A model generated the notes under the pieces. The model had not been told where the DNA came from, did not search any database, and saw only the letters and a program-made list of their open reading frames with translations. DNA of 64,000 bases from Eledone cirrhosa (lineage: Eukaryota). A program made the translations under genes and the position numbers. Within the stretch, counting starts at the first letter, position 1, and every line of letters begins with the position of its first letter. The DNA is taken from assembly GCA_964016885.1 (NCBI GenBank), contig OZ024742.1, forward strand, positions 210,676,001 through 210,740,000, written 5' to 3'. Shown here piece by piece: positions 53,710 through 64,000 of this stretch.

Positions 53710-54563
53710 TAGGAACGAGTAGGACCCCGACGGCTGAGCTCAAGCCGCTTCGTTGGTTAATCCTGGACTAAATGAAAATTTTTATCCTGGTAAATGAATA
53801 GCCGAGCTTATTTCGGGATTCTGAATTATTATTTCGTATTAATTTCGGGACTCTGAATTATTATTTCGTATTAGGGTTTTTTTTTTTTTTTTTAGTATTT
53901 TGGCCCCCTACTTGTTGACCTGTCATTGTAAGATAGATTAGGCCGAGTATTACTAACTCATAAAATTCTTTCGCTACAATCTCGTATTTAGTATCCCGCC
54001 CCACCTATTAAACTTTTCTATAGTTTAGCAGTACCAGTGAGAGATTTTATGATTGTGGTAGGGGAATAGTAACCAGAAATTGTGTTTTTTTATATTTTTA
54101 ACATTCTTATTTTTCTATATAGATTTATTCCATATAGATCTACTTATTGTTTCGACTCCCCAATCCCCCTCTTGACCTCTTATCCTTAGGATTCTGCTGT
54201 AGTCGTCACTTTCAACGCACGACTAGGTTTCCTCCAATCCCTCCCCCTCTTTCTTCTACTGGCAAGTTCAGCTACCCCTTCCCTCCACAAAATGCCATGA
54301 TAGAATTATGTGTCTCAACAACAAACTTTTGACCAATCCTTGTGACAATCACTTTTACCATATATGGAATATTACCCCCTGAGAAGCTCGGCTATTCATT
54401 TAACAGGATAAAAATGTTCATTTAGTCCAGAATTAGCCGTCGAGACGGCTTGAGCTCAGCCGTCGGGGTCCTACTCGTTCCTATTACCCACTCTACTACC
54501 CTAAGTACTGAGTACTTTGGTGCGTTATGGTCCATCTGGTTCCTTACCACATTTCCTTCGTTA
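53710..54563 (+). mobile_element. Family D element with degenerate HHR (54374-54469) and inverted 5' piece (53710-53808)
   Basis: Colinear with 35700-36218; (TA)n at both ends. Confidence 0.75.
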
Positions 54564-54660
54564 TATATATATATATAAAAGAATATTTTCGAAATATATA
54601 TATATATTTCGAAAATATTCTTATATATATATATGTATATACACATATATATATATATAT

Positions 54661-55980
54661 ATGAAAGACGTAAAATAAGAAAATTATAATAAATATCTTA
54701 CTTACTTAAGTTTCACTCCAACTAATTAGTTTCTGAAAGGGGATATACATAGTGTTCAAAACTATGGAGAATCCTTTCTTCATCCGGGAGTCAATTCTCG
54801 GCTAAGATCCTTGGCGATAGGCGGACACAGGGAGCTCAAACAAAAATAATTCAGTGAATGGAAAAAAAGCAAGCGTGGACTAAATTTCACGACACTGAAA
54901 ATTTCACTGCCTTCCCGGTCATTCAAAAGAATCAATCACATGACATTGAGGTTAATCAGTGAGGAGTGGGGTGTTAAAAAGACAGTAGCCAAAATGTTAC
55001 TATGAACCATAGTAGTAATTTAGGCAAATTTTTGCTCAACAAAATAATTTGGAGATAATTATAAAGAATTAGTATATTACCAACATATTTATACAGAAGT
55101 ATACTTACGCTAGCAAGATATAGGTTTTGTCTTAGTAACTTTGTGGTTCAATACAAAAATGTAGAACAATTATATGAAAGACGTAAAATAAGAAAATTAT
55201 AATAATTAACTTATTTACTTAAGTTTCACTTCAACTAATTAGTTTCTGAAAGGGGATATACATAGTGTTCAAAACTATGGAGAATCCTTTCTTCATCAGG
55301 GAGTCAATTCTCGGCTAAGATCCCTGGCGATAGGCGGACACAGGGAGCTCAAACAAAAATAATTCAGTGAATGGAAGAAAAAAGACAAAACCTATATCTT
55401 GCTAGCGTAAGTATACTTCTGTATAAATATGTTGGTAGATATACTAATTCTTTATAATTATCTCCAAATTAATTATTTTGTGGAGCAAAAATTTGCCTAA
55501 ATTACTACTATGGTTCATAGTAACATTTTGGCTACTGTCTTTTTAACACCCCACTCCTCACTGATTAACCTCGATGTCACGTGATTGATTCTTTTGAATT
55601 TGCCACTGACCGGGAAGGCAGTGAAATTTTCAGTGTCTTGAAATTTAGTCCGCGCTTGCTTTTGATCCATTCACTGAATTATTTTTGTTTGAGCTCTCTG
55701 TGTCCGCCTATCGCCAGGGATCTTAGCCGAGAATTGACTCCCTGATGAAGAAAGGATTCTCCATAGATTTGAACACTATGTATATCCCCTTTCAGAAACT
55801 AATTAGTTGGAGTGAAACTTAAGTAAGTAAGATAATTATTATAATTTTCTTATTTTACGTCTTTCATATAATTGTTCTACATTTTTGTATTGAACCACAA
55901 AGTTACTAAGACAAAACATATATCTTGCTAGCGTAAGTATACTTCTGTATAAATATGTTGGTAGATATACTAATTCTTTA
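54661..55980. mobile_element. Family A tandem and inverted array of a ~513-526 bp HHR-containing monomer (retrozyme-like or PLE-derived)
   Basis: About 1.4 monomers on the minus strand (54661-55380) joined to about 1.1 monomers on the plus strand (55381-55980). Confidence 0.85.
55737..55813 (+). ncRNA. Type I hammerhead ribozyme with intact core (family A)
   Basis: actcc-CTGATGA-agaaagg...cctttca-GAAA-c-taatta-g-TT-ggagt. Confidence 0.8.
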
Positions 55981-56210
55981 AATATATATAGTTCTTATAC
56001 ACGTGGTTAATACCTAACAGGTTTAAATGACCAGCGTGTATATTGTTTTATTTTAAGATGACCTCCCTTTACCCTTTTGGGGACAGCGTATATTTTTTCT
56101 TTGGGAGGACTGCTGGATTTTCTAATCTACCAGTCATTTCTTAGCGCTGAGGCAGACCATCACCATTCTATTAATGTCAATATAATTCTTATATCGATAT
56201 TATTTGGGCA

Positions 56211-56334
56211 TCCACTGATGAGTTTATAAGAGCCCGCTTGTGTATAAAACTATGGATTATATACAAGTTTCTACTTAACATAGAAATTATTTATCCTAAA
56301 TTGTAGAAATCTTATAACAAAACGGCCGTCTGGA
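56211..56334 (+). ncRNA. Type I hammerhead motif with long branched stem II; GAAA mutated to AAAA (family I)
   Basis: tcca-CTGATGA-gtttataaga...tcttataac-AAAA-cggccg-TC-tgga. Confidence 0.65.
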
Positions 56335-56641
56335 AGGAAAGAGATATTTATTTAATAATGTCTCATAAAATAATACAACCAGCTATCCACGAAATACTGA
56401 TTAGTTAGCACCCCAAACACTAAATTGGGATAATACTTAAGTATATCCTAATGTTTGTTGAGTGAGATGGAGTTGGTCGGAGTATCGCTTAAGGATTTCT
56501 CTGTTTATGTATTGTATATATATATATGTGTCTGTGTGTATATATATATAAAAAGATATACTATATTATATTTTGAGAATAAACTCTCAGTCGTTTACAA
56601 TAATCCAGCTCCAAGAAAAGGGGCATTTCCGAGCAGTTAAA

Positions 56642-57194
56642 TACATTAAAATATATGATAAACACAAAACGTGTTTGCATTGCAAAAGACAAAGTTAGCT
56701 ATTAATGAAATAAACTAATTAAAGTGAATACAATTTGTCTGTCTCGATATAAGTCAATAAAGACAAGCTTATATTGGCAATGGCCATGGTTCCTGGACAT
56801 ATTAAAATTTCAAAATCCAAACCTGTTCAGTAGATGAATTTGAACCTCGAAACCCAAATACGTTTCGCAAAGGTGGTACGTGAATTGAAAAATAAAGAGA
56901 ATCGAAATGGAAATGAAATAAAAAGTGAAATATCCAAATCTTCTGTGCTTATCAACAGGAACCCAGTAAAATTAGTACATTTCACATCAAAAATTTAGCA
57001 GGTCTGACTACACGTGTGCAGCCAGGCCAAATTAGCCGTCCCGCATTCCCGGCCATTGCCAATATAAGCTTGTCTTTATTGACTTATATCGAGACAGACA
57101 AATTGTATTCACTTTAATTAGTTTATTTCATTAATAGCTAACTTTGTCTGTTGCAATGCAAACACGTTTTGTGTTTATCATATATTTTAATGTA
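56642..57194. repeat. Inverted repeat with ~144 bp arms and ~265 bp spacer
   Basis: 56642-56785 versus 57051-57194, nearly identical. Confidence 0.9.
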
Positions 57195-57213
57195 AAAAGA
57201 TATATATATATAA

Positions 57214-57294
<81 letters not shown>

Positions 57295-57577
57295 AAGATG
57301 GCGTAGAAAATACAATGCAACAGGAGGAAACAATAGCACCACTGACGATGTTGCAGATGTGCAATGAAAGAACTTTGATAAACTATATATATGTGTTTGT
57401 GTCTATATTGTATCTGTATTTTTTACCGTTGGTCAGTCAATGGCAACATTGAGGACCGAATAAATTAGATTACCAATATAAAAGACACAGAAGCGAAAAG
57501 CGAAAACCAACCAAACAGTGAGTGTGTTCTGTTATTAATTCTGGCAATATTACACAAATATGACCCTCCCCAAGTAT

Positions 57578-57585
<8 letters not shown>
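57295..57585 (+). mobile_element. Diverged family B element with HHR (57338-57379)
   Basis: CTGACGA-tgttgca-gatg-tgcaat-GAAA-gaac-TT; terminus ATGACCCTCCCCAAGTATAACAAT matches 20011-20034. Confidence 0.65.
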
Positions 57586-57616
<31 letters not shown>

Positions 57617-59570
57617 GATACATTGTAGGTCGCTTTAACCCGTCATTTATTATTCAAAAAACTACTTGCCAATAAACATTAACCCTTTGTGCGCCATTCA
57701 TCTAACTGTAGACCAAGTAAACGGAGCATTGACAAGAACGATGGCAAATGGATCTTCGATGTAAGCAGTTTCCTCCCGAGCTGTTAGTTCACGTGGGATT
57801 CTCTGCTACACCTTTTCGTAATAATACCAAACAACGTACTGCTGGTCACTCCTTCCTTCAAAAGCCGTACAAAGCGGACATGTGCATCAGGTAGATGGAT
57901 CGGGTGCAAATCTACACCAGGCCTACGTGAAAAATTCACAAGGGACTGCACCGAGAGGGATAGAGAGAAAGAGTAACTTAGTGGAAAGAGTGCGAATGAA
58001 CCTTTGAGGTAAGTAGCCTACGCCTTACTGCTATGACACTGGAATCTTCTGCCAACTTAACCTGTGACTTTCTCTTTCACATTTACTCCAAAAGGCCAAA
58101 ACAGAGGAGTATGAAAAGAAGGGGCTCAACAATATTTTTATGAACAATGCACGTAGCCAGCTAAACTGTACTTTCAACTTCTTAATTTTCTCCAAATAAA
58201 ACAAGTTTCCTGTCGGTATATTTTCATGAGTTTTCAAGAGGCACTTACAAATAAACATTTCTCATTGGAGGTGCTATTGCCAATGTTCTTACCCGTGCAA
58301 TGCTGGAATACACTGCTAGTAGGCTATAAAACTATAAAACAATGGCAGTTTCTAGTTTGCCTGGACTTAAGAAGTGAATAAATGAAGAATAGAAGAAAAG
58401 GGAAAGTAATAAAATAAAGAGTTTAAACAATGAGAGGGAGACAAACGGAGCGACACACTCTACACCCCACTTTGAGCGGTATCTCTCAGTGGACAAAATG
58501 ACAAAGGCATTGCCATGGAGAATGGCAAGTGACACTCTGCTTTTTTTTATTTTCTAACTGCCATATCAACTATGCGGCAGTTTCTAGTTTGCCTGGACAT
58601 AAGAAGTGTATTGTTCTTCTATTTTCTAACTACAATATCATATATATGATATAAGTAAGCAAGAACATTATTTCATCATGCAGAACACAATTCACAACTT
58701 CCAAAACAATAAGCTAAACACACATTATACACCCACAGCTGTTGTAGTTTTTTATGCTATTAACTTTAGAAATTGATTTTACTATCTAGGTGACACTGGT
58801 ATCTACCTGTTTATGGTAGGGTCAATAACATAATATGGAGTTACATAACTACTATCAATTAGTAACTTTATTGATTTACCATGATCAATCAACCTTCTCA
58901 AACGTTCATAAAACAATGAATTAAGCACTAAACTTCACCTCTTGTTGAACATATACATAGGTGACATGAATTTACTAAATAGATCTGTTGGTCTTATTCA
59001 ACAATCAGACATATTTAAGCTGCACTGACTCAGTAAATGAAGGTAATTTATACAATTACTGCTAATTGTTACTGATGTGATATTAACTAGCTAATTGAAT
59101 CCTTCTGAATTGGTCAATTACAAGGTAGATGGCAATTTCTGTCACTATCTCTAACATAAATATTTGACAACTTGACCCTGTCATTAATACTAACTAGCAA
59201 CTCAACTCTTAAGTATTAATGGTGTATATTTGCAGCTCAGTGAATTAAGTAATGTATGTATATGTATGTATGGTCCCGTAACTCCCGATAGAGTCATAGG
59301 AGTGTCATATTGACATACAGCATGTCTAGGGTATTTTTTCAATCTGTTTTATATAATAAAACTGGGATATTATGGTTATGTATCCAATACTTTAACCACA
59401 CAATATTTCATCACACTCTATTTCCTTTCTTTTGAAAAGGAGGTCCTAACCATGAAAGATCATAAATATTTTGTGTTTCTTACCCCAAAGTCTTTATCAG
59501 TACTTAAGGACTTTTACTCCATGTTATGTTGGTATCTTGGTGCATATATATAGATATATACATACATACT

Positions 59571-59604
<34 letters not shown>

Positions 59605-60205
59605 CATTTACATACATTTATATAGATGAAGGTTAAAACCCAACCATAGCACCTAACAGTTTCCACTTGTATTCAGCAAACCTTTTTAAGGATGAACTTT
59701 ATATATATTTGTGTGTGTGTGAGTGAATATATGGGTCAGAGTGCATGTGGGTATAAGCACATATATGGTTGTATGTGCATATATGTGTGGATATATGAAC
59801 ATGTATAAGTACACACATATGTATGTGTGTGTATATATGGCTATATAAATATGTGTGTATAAATTTATACATATATGTAGGCCTAGTTTTAGCCTTTATA
59901 TCCATTATCCCTAACCATTCCAAATTTCAGACAATCTCATCTTCCCTGTCCTATCCTTACACAGCACTACACACGCACGCACATGCACACACACACACAC
60001 ACACAATACCCAACCTACCCTAAAAAATAAAATATATTTACACTAACTCAAAAGATGCTTAACAAACACTCATTCTGCCAAAACAACAAAAAACAGCTTG
60101 TTAAATCACCAGTCTAATGAGCAGATCAATGCTGGAGTCAGATCCATAGCTTCTATAGGTGACCCTGAGCCAATCATCTGTGAAACATACATAACATGTT
60201 GATAA

Positions 60206-61873
60206 CACAGTGGAACATATTTTTTGTTCCCCGGTTCTAAGTGTCATTTCATAGTTTGTTATATCCCATTATTATTAAAAAAAAACACTATTATTTAATC
60301 AGAAGTTTGGGTTTGTGGTCAGGAGTTTGATATTTCAAAATTTTCATATTTTTCAAGAAAAAACACATTTTAAAAAAATTTATCAGTTCATATAATTAAA
60401 TCAACAGTATATATTTATTTTATTACACAAGTTTATCAAAAGCAAACAAGTAAAAACAGATATCACCAATAAAGCAACTTATACACGTCAGAAATGACTG
60501 AATTTCCTGGATTTGCGGTTGTAGTCCAGGTCGCATTCCTGCACCAGCCCCCAGATATAGTCCCCCATCATTTTTTCATTGTAGTGGCCCTGGTACCTCC
60601 GCTCTATCTCTTTCACATCTGGTGGAATTGTTCACCTTGTTCTTCTGAGTAGGCGCCCATATTGTCCTTGAATTATTCCAGGTGAGCATCCAGCATATGG
60701 TAGTTTTCAGCTCTGTAGTTGCCCAGGAAGCCCTTAACAACTGCCTTGAAACAGTTCCATGCTGTTCTCTCAATCCTATTGAGCTTATTGGAGAACTCGG
60801 TAGACTCAAACACCTTTATCTGAGGTCCAACAAAAATTCCACCTTTGATTTTGGCCTCAGATAACTTGGGGTAGAACTCAAGAAGGTACTTAAAAGCGGC
60901 TGATTCTTGGTTGAGAGCCTTCACAAACTGCTTCATCAACCCCAACTTAATGTGCAGTGGAGGCATGAGCACAATCCTGGGATCAACCAGTAGCTCCCAC
61001 ATGACGTTCCGAGTCCCAGCTACAAATTCTGTTTGCTGCTCCCAGTTCTTTCTTTTGTAGTGGTCAGAGGTGGCTCTGCTGTCCCAAAGGCAGAGGAAGC
61101 ATTGGAATTTGATAAAGCCTCCTTGGAGTCCAAGCAGGAAAGCCACCATCTTCAAGTCTCCAATGATTTCCAAATTGTACTGGTTGTATTGCAGAGCTTC
61201 CAAGAGGACTTTCACATTGTAGTAATCTTCCTTCAGGCAGACTGAATTGGCAGTGTCGGGAACTTGTTTCCATTGTGGAGGAGGACAGCCTTCAAACTTG
61301 TGGTGGAGCTGTCTATAAATAGCCGCCACTCCTTGGGCATAAACGGCACCCCAATAATGTCAAACAGTCTAGGCACGTCATGGCAGAAGCAGAGGCCATC
61401 CCTAAGAGTGTAAAAGCCTGAGAAAGGTTTGTGTCGACTTCTCTGACTTGTCACCTGCACTTCCTCCTTGACCAAGTTCTACTGCTTCATCCTGGAGACG
61501 AATGCTTAAAACACAACTTACCCTTTATTCAGGGTGCGAAAATCCAGTATCAATAAACCTCTTTAATCCACTTTTTAACAATTTTATACTTTATTGCACT
61601 TTTATAATTTTCTTTAGGTATTACTCTTTATTTTATAATTTTAATTTAACCTGAAACATATATAAAAAAAATCATTTAACACAAGCAAATTAAACTTACA
61701 TACAACGTAAAATCCAGCTTACAAATAATTCTAGTGAATAGCTTAGAATTTTTACAAACCCAAACTTTTAACTGCTTAATAGCACTTTTTTTTTTATTTA
61801 TTTGGGACCTAAGCAACACAAAAAAGTGATTACAAGCCAGGAACAGAGAAAAATTTTTTTTCGTTATACGGTG
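60206..61873 (-). mobile_element. Second Chapaev3-like copy
   Basis: CAC...GTG termini with TAA on both sides; colinear with 48480-49995; retains SEEQGEQFH. Confidence 0.8.
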
Positions 61874-62429
61874 TAATCAATAAAAACATGTAAATTGAAA
61901 CTTCATTGATTTTTCTTAATATATTACACTTTAATTGAGCATTAAATGCTCATATTAGTACCACCACCATTAAATCACTTAATCACCTATACTATATATA
62001 TATACATATGTATGGGAAAGGTCAACAGTTGACATGATAGTGATTTTGACGATTTTGATTTTGTATCAGTACTGTCGGTAATATATGTATATATATGTGT
62101 TTGTGAGTGGTGTGTGTGATTGTATGCATGAATGAGTGTTAGTATGTGTGGTTGTGGTTTGTATGCGTGAGTATTGGTGTGTGAGTGTTTGTGTGTGCGT
62201 CGTGTCAATAAGTTTTTTTTTTTTTTTTTTTTTTTTAATGACCATGCCTGTAAAATGGAGGGGTAGAGAGGGCCCTTGAGTCTAGTAAGACATCCTCTCT
62301 AGTGCTGGTGGCACAAATAAAAGCACCCAGTCCATGCTGTAAAGTGGCGCTGGTGTTAGGAAAGGCATCCAACCAGTGTATCAATGCCAAAAAGCTTATC
62401 AGCACAGCAACAAAACAGCATAGGAAAAT

Positions 62430-64000
62430 ATGAAGATGTCGCATCTCAGAGTTGCAACACTTAATGTTGGCACTCTCAGAGGTAGATCTGCTGAAATAGC
62501 GGAGATGCTGGAGAGAAGGCAGGTGGATGTGTGCTGCGTGCAAGAGGTGAGATGGAGAGGTGCCTCTGCGAGACTAGTCGTAGGCAAACGTCTTAGCTAT
62601 AAGCTATTCTGGGTAGGTAAGGATGATGGGTTAGGGGGAGTAGGCATTTTCCTGGCTGAGAGATGGATCAATAAGACAATAGAGGTAGTTCGAGTTAGTA
62701 ATCGAATAATTAAGCTTAGATTAGTTGTAGGTAGGAGACTACTGACAATCATCTCGGTCTATGCTCCCCAAGCAGGCCTAGGCAAAGATGAGAAAGACTG
62801 CTTTTATGAGCAACTTTTGCAAACAACCACAATGACAGAGGACGGAGACATCGTTATGCTAGCAGGAGACTTCAATGGTCATGTTGGACAGCTCCAGGAT
62901 GGTTACACTGGGGTACATGGTGGGCACGGTTACGGTTCAAGAAATGAAGAAGGAGTGAGACTTCTTGAATTTTGTGATGCGAGTACATTGACTATTTGCA
63001 ACACAAACTTCCAGAAACCTGCCAATCACCTAATAACCTACAAATCTGGTGAGCACATAAGCCAGATTGACTTCCTGCTAGTTAGGCAGCGGGACAGGCA
63101 GATAGTGTCTAATACCAAGGCATACCCTGGGGAAGAATGTACCCCACAGCATAGGTTAGTTGTTAGTGATATCTCAGTAAGCAAGAGATGGAATGAGACA
63201 TATAGGAAGGTGTGGAGAAGAAAGGTCTGGAAGCTAAAAGACCTTTCACTAAAATACAAATTTAGGAAAGCCCTTCAAGATGTATATGACAAAAAAGAAG
63301 ACGATTTAGAGACGTATGACATAGATAATAACTGGAAGTTCTTACGTGACAACTTGCTGAAGGCTACTGATGAAACCTGTGGCTGGAGCAGAGCTCCAAC
63401 CAGACAGAGAGTGACCTGGTGGTGGAACAGCACAGTAGATAAGGCTATTAGAGACAAAAGACTAGCATGGAAGGCTTGGAAAAAGGGTGGGAGTAGGGAA
63501 GAATATACAGCCACTAAGAGAGAAGCTAGACGTCAGGTGTACTTAGCACGCAGGGAGGCAGAGAGTAGGAGGTTTGCCAATGTTCTGCGATGGGAAGATC
63601 AGAGGCGTGCGGTGTTCCACATTGCAAGGCAGTGTGTCAATGCAAATCAGGATGTTGTTGGAGATAAATGTGTCCGGGATGATGCCGGTGTACTTAGTGT
63701 CACGAATGACCAGAAAAAGGAGGCCTGGAAATGTCATTATGAGAGACTGATGAATGTGGAGAATGAATGGGAGAGAGAGAAATTACCCTTGGTAGATCTG
63801 ACAGAGGGACCAGCTATTGAGATTGACGAATATAGGGTCCAAGAGGCGATTAGGGAAATGAAAAATGGTAAGGCGGCCGGACCATCGGGAATAGTTGCTG
63901 AGATGCTGAAGGCATCAGGGGACGTAGGCACTAAACTGGTTGCACGCATCATCAATCAGGCTATATATGGTGGTGTCATACCCAAAGACTGGTGCAGCAG
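62430..64000 (+). CDS. RTE-clade LINE ORF (APE endonuclease into RT N-terminus), 3'-partial and uninterrupted
   Basis: MKMSHLRVATLNVGTL..DVCCVQEVRW..SVYAPQ..GDFNGHVG..SQIDF..QHRLV..GKAAGPSG..IPKDW; same frame from 62430 to the window end. Confidence 0.9.
   Translation, partial: MKMSHLRVATLNVGTLRGRSAEIAEMLERRQVDVCCVQEVRWRGASARLVVGKRLSYKLFWVGKDDGLGGVGIFLAERWINKTIEVVRVSNRIIKLRLVVGRRLLTIISVYAPQAGLGKDEKDCFYEQLLQTTTMTEDGDIVMLAGDFNGHVGQLQDGYTGVHGGHGYGSRNEEGVRLLEFCDASTLTICNTNFQKPANHLITYKSGEHISQIDFLLVRQRDRQIVSNTKAYPGEECTPQHRLVVSDISVSKRWNETYRKVWRRKVWKLKDLSLKYKFRKALQDVYDKKEDDLETYDIDNNWKFLRDNLLKATDETCGWSRAPTRQRVTWWWNSTVDKAIRDKRLAWKAWKKGGSREEYTATKREARRQVYLARREAESRRFANVLRWEDQRRAVFHIARQCVNANQDVVGDKCVRDDAGVLSVTNDQKKEAWKCHYERLMNVENEWEREKLPLVDLTEGPAIEIDEYRVQEAIREMKNGKAAGPSGIVAEMLKASGDVGTKLVARIINQAIYGGVIPKDWCS

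Overview
AT-rich, microsatellite-dense eukaryotic DNA. The SINE and LINE repertoire suggests a cephalopod, probably Octopus (inference). The only clear host coding sequence is the 3' part of an intronless TSSK-like Ser/Thr kinase at the left edge. Nearly everything else is nested transposable elements: a Tx1/L1 LINE, a complete CsRn1-type Gypsy element with LTRs and TSD, Penelope-like elements (PLEs), RTE, CR1, CRE and R4/Dong fragments, a mariner, a piggyBac, two Chapaev3 copies, non-autonomous Helitrons and about 13 copies of one tRNA-derived SINE. An RTE ORF is still open at the right edge. The most notable signal not shown by the ORF track is a dense set of minimal hammerhead ribozyme (HHR) motifs: more than 15 copies in about 8 sequence families. 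They sit in short non-coding elements that abut (TA)n tracts and carry local inverted duplications, including a ~513-526 bp tandem and inverted retrozyme-like unit at 54.7-56.0 kb. All calls were made by eye; no searches were run.
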